Shown here: in pieces, positions 50,187 to 63,134 of the stretch
Numbering within the stretch: position 1 is the first letter of the stretch
Layout of the letters: the number at the start of each line of letters is the position of its first letter
NCBI GenBank assembly: GCA_030704615.1
Contig: CM060731.1
Location: 39,804,001-39,868,000 of the forward strand
Reading direction: 5' to 3'
DNA length: 64,000 nt
DNA from: Takakia lepidozioides
Taxonomy: Eukaryota; Plantae; Bryophyta
The notes under the pieces: generated by a model
The model's database searches: none
What the model was told of the DNA's origin: nothing
What the model saw: the letters and a program-made list of their open reading frames with translations, nothing else
Made by a program: the position numbers and the translations under genes

Positions 50187-51824
50187 AGCCTGTGCCATTG
50201 GCCCAAGTGTCCAGTGTCATCTAAGCCCAAGTGCAATCTCCCATGTATCCAAGTGCGTCTCCTATGTCAAGGCCCAAGTGCGACCTCTAGGGTAGCTTGT
50301 GCCGTTGGCGCATGTGTGAATAATTGAAATCTAAGACCAAGTGCAATTTCCTATGTATCCTAGTGCATCTCCTATGTCCAGGCCCATCTAAGCCGAAGTG
50401 CAATCTTTTATGTATCCAAGTGCATCTCTAGAGGCCCAAGTGTCCACTGTCATTTAAGCCCAAGTGCAATCTCCTATGTATCTAAGTGTGTCTCCTATGT
50501 ATCCAAGGACATCTCCCATGTGCGTCTCGTATGTCGAGGCCCATCTAAGCCCGGTGTGCAATCTTTTATGTATCCAAGTGCATCTCCTGGGTACACAGGC
50601 CCAACTGTCCACTGTCATTTAAGACCAAGTGCAATTTCTTATGTATCCTAGTACGTCTCCTACGTCGAGGCCCAAGTGCCCTCTAGTGTAGCCTATGCCG
50701 TTGGCCCATGTGTGAAAAATTGAAATCTAAGCCCAAGTGCAATCTTCTATGTATCCAAGTGCATCTCCCATGTAGAGGCCTAAGGGTGACCTCCGGTGTC
50801 CACTGCAATCCCCAATGTATCCAAAGACCTATAGTTTGGGAGATCTCTATGTCATTGCCCACTTTGCTATTTTTGCAATCTCCCTTGTCGAGGCTTAATA
50901 TATTGATATATCCACTTTGTTGTTTTTCGTGAAATTCAATGACCAAAAGTATTTGAAATTCCAAATCTCCCACGTGAAGGGCCAATCACTGCTCCAAGAA
51001 AGCCCACTTTGCTATTTTTCCCGAATTTCCAACGGCCAAAAGTACTTGGAATTCGACATCTCCCACTTTGGTCCAAAAATTATGAGACTAAGCCGATGCA
51101 CCCCTCCTCATTGAGGGCTTTTCAACGGCACCAAGCACTGGGGTTGGGGCCCCGCGGTTTGGGAGATCTCAACGACGCTACAGACAAACAAAACAAACGT
51201 CTCACTTCATATATTGACTAGGGTAGCCTGTGCCGTTGGCCCAAGTGTCTAGTGTCATCTGAGCCCAAGTGCAATCTCCCATGTATCCACACGTCTCCTA
51301 TGTCGAGGCCCAGTGCGACCTCTAGGGTAGCCTGTGTCGTTGGCCCATATGTGAAGAATTGAAATCTAAGACCAAGTGTAATTTCCTATGTATCCCAGTG
51401 CGTCTCCTATGTCGAGGCTCATCTAAGCCCAAGTGCAATCTTCTATGTATCTGTCTCTAGGGTAGCCTGTGCCGTTGGCCCAAGTGTCCAATGTCATCTA
51501 AGTCCAAATGCATTTTTTTTCAGCAGAGCCTACGACCATATTTGAACTGGAGACATTTCCCTTGATATCTCTCTTGTCAAGGCTCCAACCATTGTCCCAG
51601 GAATTCCCACTTTGCTATTTTTCGGGAATTTCCAACGACCCAAAGTACTTGAAATTATGTATCTCCCACACCGTAGGTCCAAAAATCATGAGACCAAGTC
51701 GGTGCACCCCTCCTCGTCGAGGGCTTTCCAACGGTACCAAGCACCAGTGTCCCGGGGCCTCGCGGTTTTGGAGATCTCAACGACGCTACAAACAAACAAA
51801 CAAACGTCTCGCTTCATATACTGA
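50187..51824 (-). mobile_element. Tandem non-autonomous Helitron copies (same family as 43118-45687)
   Basis: A|TC 5' end at 51824; perfect CTAG|TC junction at 51218/51217; left 3' end truncated. Confidence 0.75.
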
Positions 51825-52442
51825 TTGAAGGGAAAAATAAATAAAACTCTCGAAGGCCGAAGGCCTTGGATTGTAAGAGTCATTGTTTTTCAAGTCTGCT
51901 CTAATATTACCCTTTTTCATTCTTTTTTGGTTTCCTCACATATTCAATGTAAAAACACTATTTTAACTAATTCTGGATTTTTATTTGGTCCAGAAAGAAT
52001 ATGAGAAATATGAATAAAAAAAACTTATTATTGAAATAAAGCGATATATATGATTATTTGGCTATTTTATGCATAATATAACCATGAACAATAATCCTCC
52101 AAACATTTTTTGGAGACAATATAAGTATGTATTGTGGTTTTAGAAGAACATCCACTGCCAAGTTGACGTTCACGATAAAAATGGGAGGATGCAATAAATT
52201 ACATCATGATGTGAGGTCAGATATGTAAAACTTTTTGACCAAACATAGAACAATCATGGCATGTGATGAAGAGGATGACATGAAAGAATGAGTCCACATA
52301 CATTGATGATAAACATTCATATTTTATTAGAGATTGCAACTTTGGCGTTGCAGTCAGACATAATGTAACGTCAACTATACATCCGTTCACATCCGTTGGA
52401 CTTAATGTTATCCATCGGCTCGAAGCCATACAACGGCTTACA

Positions 52443-54266
52443 CTAACCCATTAATATTACAGAGCCTCCTCCTAAACGGCTCGCAGTCAAGGCATGTGTT
52501 CGAAGACGCCTCCGATTACCACAACCACTTGCAACGGTCTCCGCACCAAAGGAAACGGAAATACTTTCAGAGAACTCGAACCTAGTAATAACATTATCAT
52601 CTGAAATGTTACTTGGAACTCTACTTGTTGAATCTCTCGATGCCCTTGAAGCCTGCCGGGAAGCCCGCCATTCTTGCCAATCACGAAGCTCTTTTTCTTC
52701 TTTTCGAATTCGCTCCTTGAATGTGATTGGGCAAAACAATTTTTCATATGACAAATGTCAGCTGAAATGTGGAAGATTTGTAGAAAAAATGATAAGGTAA
52801 AAGTGCAAGTGGAAGACACTTTCAAGATCAAATTCTCCATAAACAACAAACAGTGAGATAAGTACATACCAAGGTAATCAGATTCCTTTTGTTGTGGGAT
52901 CCAAACACGAGGATCAACATATCTTCCATACCAAGCCCAATAGGCGTGGTCGCGACCAATAGGCTTATGAGAACACTTGGCAGGGTTCTCGCTGATGTAA
53001 TCTACGACTGTTGAAGCTGCAGCCATTTTCAATATGTATGGCCACACAGCTTTTGTCATATCATCCTGGTCAACCAAGCCCTTTGGTGATGGCTTGTATG
53101 AAATAATGAAGAATCCAGTATTTGGTGGATTTCGGAGGCCCTTTGATGGCTCATCATCGACAAGGAGTATTTGTCCATGCGTTGTAAAGGGTGTACCAGG
53201 GTACTAACAGTGCGAGTATCCTTAACGAGATATTTTATCCCAGTCATGATGTAACCGGTAGTGTCTTTGCAATCCTCAGCTGACCAGATGAAGCAAAACT
53301 CTTCGCAATTTTCGTGGGAACTAAGCACTCAAGCATCCTACAAAAGAACATTTCTTTCAGCACATGACCAAATCGCCACGTGAAAATGCATCAACGCAAG
53401 GTTGAGAAACTCCAAGACTCGGAAGGGCCAGGGAACCACAAAAGGTCTGTCGGGAACATGAACTGTAACTTTCCTGAAACGAAATCTTTTCTTAAACAAT
53501 TCACCACCGGTTGGAGGTGGCCGGTAGCAGAAGGGTCCATTGACACTCAATATTAACAACATCCGTTTCCTCTTCCCCGATGTGGCAGATGAAGGTTGAT
53601 GGACGATGCCATCCTGCGCAATTTAAGGAAATAAATTTCAGTGTTCCCGCCGTCAGAAACAACACGATGTAGTGTTTCTTAGTTTCAGAGTGACCTCTAT
53701 GATTGCCGAGACATAAGTGTCCCCACAATGGACTACTGTAAAGGACCAAGAGTAGACGATATATCGAACAATTCGAGATCATGAAAAGATGAACGTCGGC
53801 TGTCAAGTGGAGGTTCGTGGACGCACCTTATCGGGAGGCGTATTCAAGAAGTTCTGCGGCTCCATACTCGCTTGTATAAAAATTACGGAGTTAGTTTGGG
53901 ACTGCAAAACAAACTGCAAACGAAAGTGGAGAAATGGTTTTGAAATTTACCATTGAAGGTCTCGCAGAGGAATAGTGGATTCCCGCGGGCTTGGATTGAT
54001 GAGGCGCCACAACATCCGAGGGAGTCCTCATGTGTTTGGAGTCCGCTCTTTTTTTCATGTCAGCCTTTTGTCCGTTGGAAAGATTTCCTGCAGAGGAAGG
54101 AAATGGCTCGAGGGCTCTTTTTCGCCTCTTTGGTGCAGAACATTGTGCCACCAGTTCAGGGTCAGGCTGTGTCGATGTTGGAGATGTTTTGCCATTGAAC
54201 GATGGGGGGAGTGGAGGGACAACAACAGGCAAGCACAGAAAATTGTCCCTTGAGCATTCGACATCC
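52443..54266 (-). pseudogene. Spliced gene with FCP1/NIF-type (HAD) phosphatase-like domain, disrupted
   Basis: RKRMLLILSVNG..EFLNLALMHFHVAIWS..FCFIWSAEDC..LVKD..ILLVDDEPSKGLRNPPNTGFF..VWPYILKMAAASTVVDYISENP follows the plant FCP1-homology family pattern; stops or indels at about 53330 and 53200. Confidence 0.75.
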
Positions 54267-56166
54267 TGGATGGAATGAAAACGCAATGAAAGAATAATTT
54301 ACTTCGGAAGTGCATTCCAATGCAGACGTCGTTTGACAGGAAGGTCATAATCTGCAGATTTTCTGACCTGGAGCGACAAATGAATATCAAACCCCAAACT
54401 AAGTAAAACTAGGAGAATGAGCAAGGAGCGAGAAATGAGTTTAAGACACCTGACTCCTGCGGATTTGGGCTGTCTACCCTCGTGCTGGAGAGATATGCGA
54501 GGAAGAGCACTACAACAGATTGCGGCTTTTATGACTCCCATGGGTGCGCAGTCACGACAAATTTGTGGCAGAAATGCCATTTGCAGTCGTAAATGCCTTT
54601 GAAGTCATAACATAGATCACGACGAAGCCGTTTATGTAACTGTATGACTCCGTACTTTGCGCAACACAGGTCAAACAAGTTTGACCAGGAATATTGCCAT
54701 GGCGGATTTGACTACCAGTCAGGGTCATGCCCATACTAGAATGACGTGTGCATATTGCTAGACGGACATATGACTTCATGACTGCCACTCTAATGCATTC
54801 TGCCAGATCATCACATGTCGTCATGACATGGTGAGTCTGTGACATGGAACAACTTATGAGGTGTCTACATATGATTGGTTAAGTGGTTTTGATATTGTGG
54901 TGTGGGGGATGCAAGTGAAGGGAACGGTTGCACACGAAGCAAATTAGTAGGCCGTTTGCGCTTTGTGGAGAAGAATGGAACGTGAAACCAACATGCTAGA
55001 GAGGCGATCCGGAACCGCACTCTGTTTGTGACGTTACATTTAAATGGTGGCGTGCATTTCAGTGTTTGTTGATCGCGGACAACATCAAAAGCAAGCCTCA
55101 TAGTGCGGAATGACAGACGAACAAATGATGCATTCAAGGGATAGGCAAATTCATGCAAATCATTCAATTCACTCATGAGAGTGATGCAAAACATTGCTCA
55201 ACAAAAGCATTTACACATGGAGCCGGTGGTGGTGGGGGCTGCTCTACCAGTACAAACTGGACGAAGGCTACAGTAGGTGTCGTGCAATTGCAATTGCCAT
55301 ACATTCCATTGGGTTTGATTGATAAAATAATATTAAGTTTGCCATGGGGGGGTGTTCTATGAATGGGAGAGCCCATGAATTCAGCTTCTTGTATGATAAA
55401 ACAACTGAGATAACAGCTCATGTTGTTCTCTCTAATGTACATATCCCCAATGACTTGCCCCAAGCTAGAACAGCAGCAGGATGACATCAGTGAATAATGA
55501 TGTGGTGTAAGGCATGGAACACCTGCAGGGCAGCAGCATTGTATTGCTGAATGTACTGCACCCTGCTTGAGCCATCTGTGGGACTCTACAAGTGAGTCAC
55601 ATGGTGTTATATCTGGGGCATGAGAGAAACTGCCCATAAAATGCATCTGCGCAAAGAACCCATTCAACCAGCCAGAGCATCATCTACGCGGATTGCCGGA
55701 TTCTTTTGGGAAAAAATGCAAACATGATAAGTAGGGACCAAGCTTAAAAGCACTCCACTGGTATTCAATGGTCCATAAACACGAGCCTGCCCAATATAAG
55801 ACCCACAAAATCACTGGGGCAATTATGTAATGTAAACTGGAAGGCACATGCACTTTGTCATTGTTTCATTCTGTCAACAATGTACCCAAAAGCAAAACTG
55901 ATGTGTAAATTTGCATGCCATTCAAAAGTCTATAGTGACATAGATGTCATGTCACGTTGCCAGACAGACACGCCATGTAAGTTGGACACCTCCAACACCC
56001 TGCAAAAAGGACATCCCCAAGGGCAACCCTTAGTGCCAGTCTTACGAAGCCCACATTATTCATGAATCAACCGGGATTACATATTGAATTTTGCCCAATA
56101 CCACCCTTCATATACTTGAGATAGAGAAAGGCAGTTGGGGGGAAAAGTCATACCTCATTCCAGGTA

Positions 56167-59100
56167 CTAGTACACGTCCACATCAACCAACTCCTCATCA
56201 CTGGACTCTGAATCTCCATCGCAACTGTCCTCCGTGGGACATGGATGTGCTTCCTCAGATCGCATGTCTCTGTAAAGTGAAGCAACCTCTTCAGGTGTCA
56301 CTTGGATGGTCTGGCCCACCCTGTCACCAGCAACATTGGTCTCTTCAATGTGATTGGGGGCTAAGAGGCCTGATACACTTGCAATATCATCGTTGCAAAT
56401 GCTCACATCACAAACAGCCCTGCGTGACCTGGGGTTTTTTTCCAGCACCACGTTCCATCTCGGTTCATTCACACGCTCAGAGAAAAAAACTTGCTCGACC
56501 TGTGATGGGAGCACAAAAGGCTGTTCAAGTGGAGGCAACAAGTGGGAGAAATTCACCAATGTGAAGCCAGAGTCATCCTGCTTCATTGACACAGGCTGAG
56601 AGCCCACACGTCGTGCACGTACCCATGAACACAATAGCACCGTGGTGTGTGTGGAGCCATAATCCAATTCTAAAATCTCCTTTATGACACCCACATACCG
56701 TATGCTTTCCACCACCTGCTCACCTGAAATGCAAGTACAGTCATGCTGGAAAACAGTAGAGACCCCCGAGTCATATGTCACAAAAGGGCTGTTGAGTCCA
56801 TCTGAAGTAACCCTGAAGTGGTTTCCATAAGCCGACATGCTCTTGTATGATGTTGCGATTAATGATGGGGGTTTGGACATGTCCAACAATTCCTTGCAGG
56901 CTGAATCAGTAGCATGGTTGGCAACACTTGACACATGTTGGTGGACTGCCGTTACCAGCCATTCTGCAAAGTGAGGGAGAGCGCGGATCCTATTTTGGTT
57001 AGCAGCATTTTCAGTCTCCAACCTGGATTTCTCCACCTCATAGGACCTGCCAACACACGCACAACCACATCAATTTATCTAGTGCAACCCCTGCAGCCAA
57101 TGGAAGAAATGCACACACACGGCCTATACAAAGCATACCCATGCATAGCAGGTGCCAGAAGCTGTGACATGCACTTACGTTTGCCACTTACCCCAACATA
57201 ATGCTCAAACTAGGATGGTTGTGAATGACGCAGTCGTGGACAAGCTGCAACAATTCGAGGGTCAACCTCCGTGGTCGACCAACTCCTTCCAACACCCAGC
57301 CCGACACTGATTCCTCCTCTCCTGCATCCCACACTCTCCGCCTAGTAGCATCAACAGAAGACAAGTACTCTGTACAAAATCCCAATGCCTCGTCAAACAC
57401 GTAGCCCTCCGCCCATACTGCCCTCAGGCTTCACCAAGTTTCGCACATACCCTTTAAAATCCTTCATTGCTCTCTCCACCAGGTACATCCACCGAGAAGC
57501 TACAGGTCCACACAAATCCAGCTCATCCACCAAGTGGATAAGTAAATGTGTCATAACATCAAAAAAGGAGGGTGGGAACTCTTTCTCCAGAAGACAAAGA
57601 GTCACTGCCACCTCCTACTTCAATTCCTCATGCTCGGTGGGATCAATGAATTTTGCACAAAGCTTGCGAAAGACACGAGACACTCTTAGTATGGCATTGC
57701 AAACCCCAGGCGCCATCAACCCACGTAGAGCAAGTGGGAGGATCTGTTGCATGAGCACATGATAATCATGTGACTTCAATTGGCTCAACTTTTGTTTGAC
57801 CACATGTTTTTTGAGAGCAGAAGATTCGTGATAATCTCCAGGAACACCCGCTACTCTAGTTTTGTGAGCACATATGGTGCATCAGGCATTACCAATGTAT
57901 CCACTCTGGTGGGATGGCATCGTAACCAAAGAGGATTTCGAATGCCCTGCAAATCCAGATCGCGGCGAACTTTCATCGTGTCCTTTTCGCCGAAAAGAGT
58001 CTTGATTATGTTCTCCGTCACGTTCTTCTCGCAATGCATGGTATCAAAAGTGTGGCGGATGAGAAGATGCTGCACCATGTGGTCTAACAAATTAGGTACA
58101 TTGCAATGCAGTCATGAATGATGTTAACAGCACAGGTTCAGTAAACAAACAATCATGCACAATGAAAACCAATGCACTGTTATGTTCCCAAAACACAGGT
58201 GTGGTAATCGCACCTCCCAGTAAGGCAAGTCAAACAGAATGGACAGTCGTTTTACGCCATGGAGCTTGGAGGGATCGTTCTGTGCGCCTACAGTCCCACC
58301 ATCATCAATCCATTGTTTATAATGTCGTGCACGCTCCTTGATTTCGGTGGCTGTCACTGTATGTGGAGCAGGTCTCATTTCTCGCTCCCCATTAAAAAGT
58401 CTGGATCTTCTATAGGCATGATTGTGGGGAAGATAGTGTCGATGCCCCTGGAATATCAATTTCTTGCAAGCTGGGGAATATCTGGAATCGACTTGAGGTC
58501 CACATGTTGGACAAGCAATGTACCCTTGGTGAACCTGACCTGATAACAAGCCATAGGCGGGGAAGTCATGTATGGACCACATGAGGACTGCACGCATGGT
58601 AAATGCCCGCTCTCCTTCAATGGCTGCCACATCCACGGCTGCAACTCCCACCCACAATGTCGCTAGCTCCTCCACAAGTGGTTGCAGGTAAACATCCACA
58701 TTTTCACTTGTCACAAATTCCTTTCCAGGAATGAGGAGTGTTAACATGACAAAAAATTTCTTCGTTACCAACCATGGAGGCTGATTATAATTGAGCACCA
58801 TGATGGGCCAGGTGGACCAAGAAGCGGATTTTGTGCCATAAGAATTGACCCCATCCAGTGCCAATCCAAGATGCAGATTTCTTGGATTTGAAGCAAAATC
58901 CGGCCATGTGTTGTCAATATGGCACCAAGCCTTACTGTCTGCAGCATGCCGGACCATGCCATCTGCACTTCTATGATTGTTGTGCCACTTCATGAGCTCT
59001 GCGAGCGTCTTAGCTCGGAACATCCGTTTCAATCTAGGTATGAGAGGAAAGTGTCGCAACACCTTCTTGGGCACCTTCCCACGGCCGTCCATGTATCGGG

Positions 59101-60714
59101 GACTGTGGCACTTAGGGCAATTTGCAGCCTTCTCGAGGTCTCCACGAAACAATACATATCCACGCTCACAGGCATGGATCCGTTTGTATCCTAGACCCAT
59201 CATGGCGATCATATTTTTGGCCTCATACTGCGATTTGGGCAAGGTGTTCTGTTTGGGCAAAATCTCCAGCCTTAACAATGAAAATAACTCATCCACAAAT
59301 GCGTTGGTACATCTGTGAGTGGCGCAGGAATTGAGCAACATCAATGTGGTGGTCAATCGGCTGTGAACGCTCCCATCGTATAAGGGGATTTGGGACTACA
59401 TGAGTTTTTCATGCCGAAGACCATTTGGCGCGCCTACTTCTTCTCCGCCCATATTTTTCCCATCAGGCATTTCAGAGGGATTTGAGCCATTCTCAACAGT
59501 CTCGTCATTGTCCAAGTGAAGGGCATTTGGGGCAGGTGTGGGATTCTCCTGGAGGGTATCTGATATTTCAAATGCATCTTGCACAGCACGGGCAATCTGG
59601 CCCCGTAGCCCATTGTCGTCTTGTCCCTCCAAATTGACGTCGTTCGCAACACTCTCTACACTACATTCAGCCTCCACTTCAGAGTCGGATGTAATGTAGC
59701 CCTGTGAACGCAAATGAAATCAGAAATTGGGATATGATGAACAGGCTTTTATCAAAACTCCCAGACAGCAAAATTTCATTTAAACATTGTCATGTAAGCA
59801 AACACTTTATAGAATTGCACTAGTTCAATACAGGTGAATGCTGCAAGTCTCCCCCACACTTGCGAATCAGGAGACGAAATTGGTCGGCCACAGACTTCAT
59901 TTCGAAGCAGCTTGTGGAGCTCAGACACAAAGACAAATGAAAACTACTTTTGTATAATACGGCAAGGTAGGAACACAGTTTTCATCGAAAAACAAAACAA
60001 ACATACCCTCTGCAATAGAGGGAGACATCCCCACATACAGACAGCTATCTGCATATGCCGACAAAGTGAAAGCTCTCATCAAATATGCCCAAGTGGGCAG
60101 TGTGTTGAAGACATGACACATGGCAGCAAGCTGTCAAAAGCCCAAAATGCGTGGAGCCTTCACACATGGCAGTCAACAGCGACCATGTAGTCATGACCCT
60201 GACTACATGACTCCAGAACAACCAATGGAAGAACGCCATGTAGTTGAAATGTCCATGATCCGCGGTCATGAAGTCATGGACATGACTACTCTGACGCACT
60301 ACCAACTACATGACTCCATCACTATGACTCCATGACTCCAATACATCCAACGGAAGAGCGATACGTAGTTCGGACTCCAGTCACTCCCATGACTGTCCAA
60401 GATTCAAAAAACAGCGAAAAAAATGCGGACATGCGCGGGCGTGCTGCGAGCATGTCAGAGTGCGTGCATTGTGCAAGGCGTACCGGGACTGTACACTGTC
60501 GAAGGTTTGGGTCCCTCCCATACTTTGTTAGGTGCTTTTTGGCCATCTGTAGAAACTGCGGGATCCCTCCATGGCAGATTTTGCAGTTGCACAATATTTT
60601 GCGGTGCCCTTGTGCAATGGCATGCGCCTCCTCTAGTCGCCACAGTTTCTCATCTTTTCTGCGCACACGGAGTCGTTGAGCTGTCAGCCAAAACCCCGCT
60701 CTTGTTGTATACAT
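56167..60714 (-). pseudogene. CACTA/En-Spm TnpD transposase; exons about 60714-60484, 59701-58214, 58069-57192, 57046-56167
   Basis: ILCNCKIC..HLTKYG; IHACERG..CPKC..VPKKVLRHFPLIPRLKRMF; LGLALDGVN..STWP; IHDFPAYG; DTMHCEKN; LKSHDYH; FPPSFFDVMTHLLIHL; PFVLPSQVEQVFF. In-frame TAGs at 59396, 57851 and 57615. Confidence 0.93.
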
Positions 60715-61083
60715 TGTACTGATACAGGGGGTGTGCAAGGGTCTTTGCAGCTAATGTCAGACTGCCATGGTCAGGCCCTCCCCGTGCAGTCCCCTGACTG
60801 TGTATGAGAAGCTAAGGGAGACCTGCATTGCTCGCAACAAAGAGGTTGAGGTGGAGTTGTTTGGTTCGCACCCACTGTGAGTATACTGAGAGGCGGCTCA
60901 CCCTAGTGTTGTGGCCGTTATCTCGCAGGAGAGCATTCCACCTCAACCGAAGTGCTCGACTGACCGGAATACTTTAGTTTGGGGTTGTCAGACATCGCAT
61001 TGCAGGGGCTTCTCATTAGGGTTTTTTTTTAAAAATGTGAGAGGCTTATGGTTTGGCCTGAAGAAGGAACTCGAACTGGCCTC

Positions 61084-61583
61084 TTAAGGACCTCCTGAGT
61101 GACCGGGTGCCGATATTTTGAACAAAATGTCAGCGGTTTCTGTCGCCCGGTTGAAACTAACGAGGATGTCGTGTTTATCGATAGCGCCCCCTTTGTGGAA
61201 GGACATTTTCACAGTGGGCCCTGTGTTCCCCTCCTCCTCATCCTCATAACTGAAGAGAATGTCCCCACTTTCTGAGCCAGTCCGTCCACGCGTGAAGTTT
61301 TCACCTATGCACTCATCATACGTCCACTCGCAACAGTTCCAGCGATACAGCAACGTTGTGCGTGATCTGTTCGGCTCCCACTCAAGCGGAAAGTCCATGT
61401 CCATGATGCGCAGGAACCACCTGCTCCCCAGCCGGAGTCCTGGAGAATCGTGCAATCCTGCATTGCTCTCAGCTGGACAAGTCGAGGATCGTCCCTGTAA
61501 ACATCTAGGAAGACAATGATGTCGTCTGCTTTCGGGACAATGACTCCCGTCTGGCGTCGATAGATGTGATTCGGGCACGACAT
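61084..61583 (-). pseudogene. Unknown small protein (about 165 aa if one frameshift at about 61425 is bridged)
   Basis: MSCPNHIYRRQTGVIVPKADDIIVFLDVYRDD.. joins SRWFLRIMDMDFP..ILFKISAPGHSGGP; composition looks globular. Confidence 0.4.
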
Positions 61584-61809
61584 GCCTCACGACACAGCAA
61601 GAACACAGAGCAGGGAGGAAATGGGCACAACAGAGAAGAGTGAAGAGCAAAATGAGAGCGAGGCCAGCGGAAGAGGGATATATCATTGCTACACTGCCAA
61701 TGTTGTATGCGGCAGAACTTCTATTTCCTCTGACATGTGTGCTTTTATTAGACAAATCCGTACCAGTTTCAGGACAGTTTGCAAAACTCCCTCACCGTAA
61801 GGCGGGTAT

Positions 61810-62100
61810 TTGCTCTCCGGAGCCCAATTTCGGCGCCGTTATTGGATGGACTGCAGAAGCTTCAGCCGAGAATTTTGTTTACGGAGCCCAATTTCGGCGC
61901 CGTTATCGGCTGCACTCCGGTGGCTTCAGCCGAGTATTTGGTTTCCGGGGCCCAATTTCGGCGCCGTTATTGGCTGCACTCCGGAGGCTTCAGCCGGGTA
62001 TTTGGTTGGCGGAGCCCAATTTCGGCACCGTTATTGGCTTCACTCCCGAGCCTTCAGCTGGCTATTTCTTTTCCTCTGCCCAATTACGGCGCCGTTATAC
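61810..62100. repeat. 64-bp tandem repeat, 5 units, with conserved core CCCAATTTCGGCGCCGTTAT
   Basis: Core starts at 61823, 61887, 61951, 62015 and 62079; degenerate copy at about 62213. Confidence 0.9.
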
Positions 62101-63134
62101 CCAACCATCCTGCACTTCTGCAACAATACTATCCACAGTTATAGGTTGCCATTGCGTTTTCGGAGTCTGCAAACCCGGATCCTAATTCTGTTTGCATCCC
62201 TTCCTCTAGGGTAATTTTGGTGCCGTTATTGCCCAGAATTCAGTTTTTCTATGACCTGGCCTGGCAGTCCATGAGCTTGGGCTCCAAGTCATGAGCGGAC
62301 ACTGGTACTTATGAGCGGAGTGCTTCCAGCATGAGTGTGGAAATCTTCGAAAACCTTCTCTTCTTATACTACTTTCGATTATTTTATAGTTTTGGGCCCG
62401 AAAAAAATCTGCCGAAATTCGAAGTGTGTTACTTGGCGGCTCATGGGTGAGCCATGCCCGCTCATGAGCTCATGGAATAGCAACCCCCCGTTCTGTAGAG
62501 GCGCACAATGATAATTTTCTTCTGACCAGCTTATGGCCCTTCTTGGAGGGGGCAGCTAAGGCTCCGAGCATTCCTGAATATCTTAGGGGGCAACCCACAT
62601 TTGGGCAACAAGCTATCAGCCCTCGAGCCATTCAGCCTCGCCAGGTAACATACTTTGTAGTGTGGTACACACTGCGAGACTCTCGCATTTTTGTGTCACT
62701 CCCTTGTGCCATTGCCAGCCCCCTTTGTGCTTAAGTTGTGGCAGTAATCCATGTTGTGATAGAGTTTGTCAAATTACTGTCGCATCGTGAACTGTAAGCA
62801 TTGACAGTTTGGGTGCATCTTATTGTGTTAGTGTAATTTGAGTTCCCAGTGTAGATAATATACATTTTTGGTGCTTGTTGGTTGGTTGAAGGTGCTTGGC
62901 CACGAACGAGGCCCCCAAGTCAAAGGGCAGCACATCTTCACCCTTTCAGGAAGCCGACACCACTGATCCCTGATTCGCAGAATGGGGTAAGTCTATGCAT
63001 CTGCTATTCTCCCCTTCCCGACCTGGATAGTAAAATTGTTATTAGCTCATTGTAGACCTTGTAGACACAATACGTTCCAGGATCTGTGCTCCATAATTCT
63101 CATGCAATCTGCCATGTTTGGGGTGGGATGGCAG

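Noticed and set aside
51950-52450. CACTA/CACTG pentamers as left TIR
   Set aside because: No matching inverted terminus or subterminal repeats found.
52487-53077. Ulp1 protease reading of IPQQKESD
   Set aside because: No His/Cys catalytic motifs; the upstream sequence fits a NIF/FCP1 domain instead.
55173-55400. MADS-like segment
   Set aside because: Resemblance too faint; the core RxxTFxKR motif is absent.
61810-62100. CRISPR-like repeat/spacer look
   Set aside because: Intervening segments are similar to one another, the context is eukaryotic and no cas genes are present; it is a tandem repeat.
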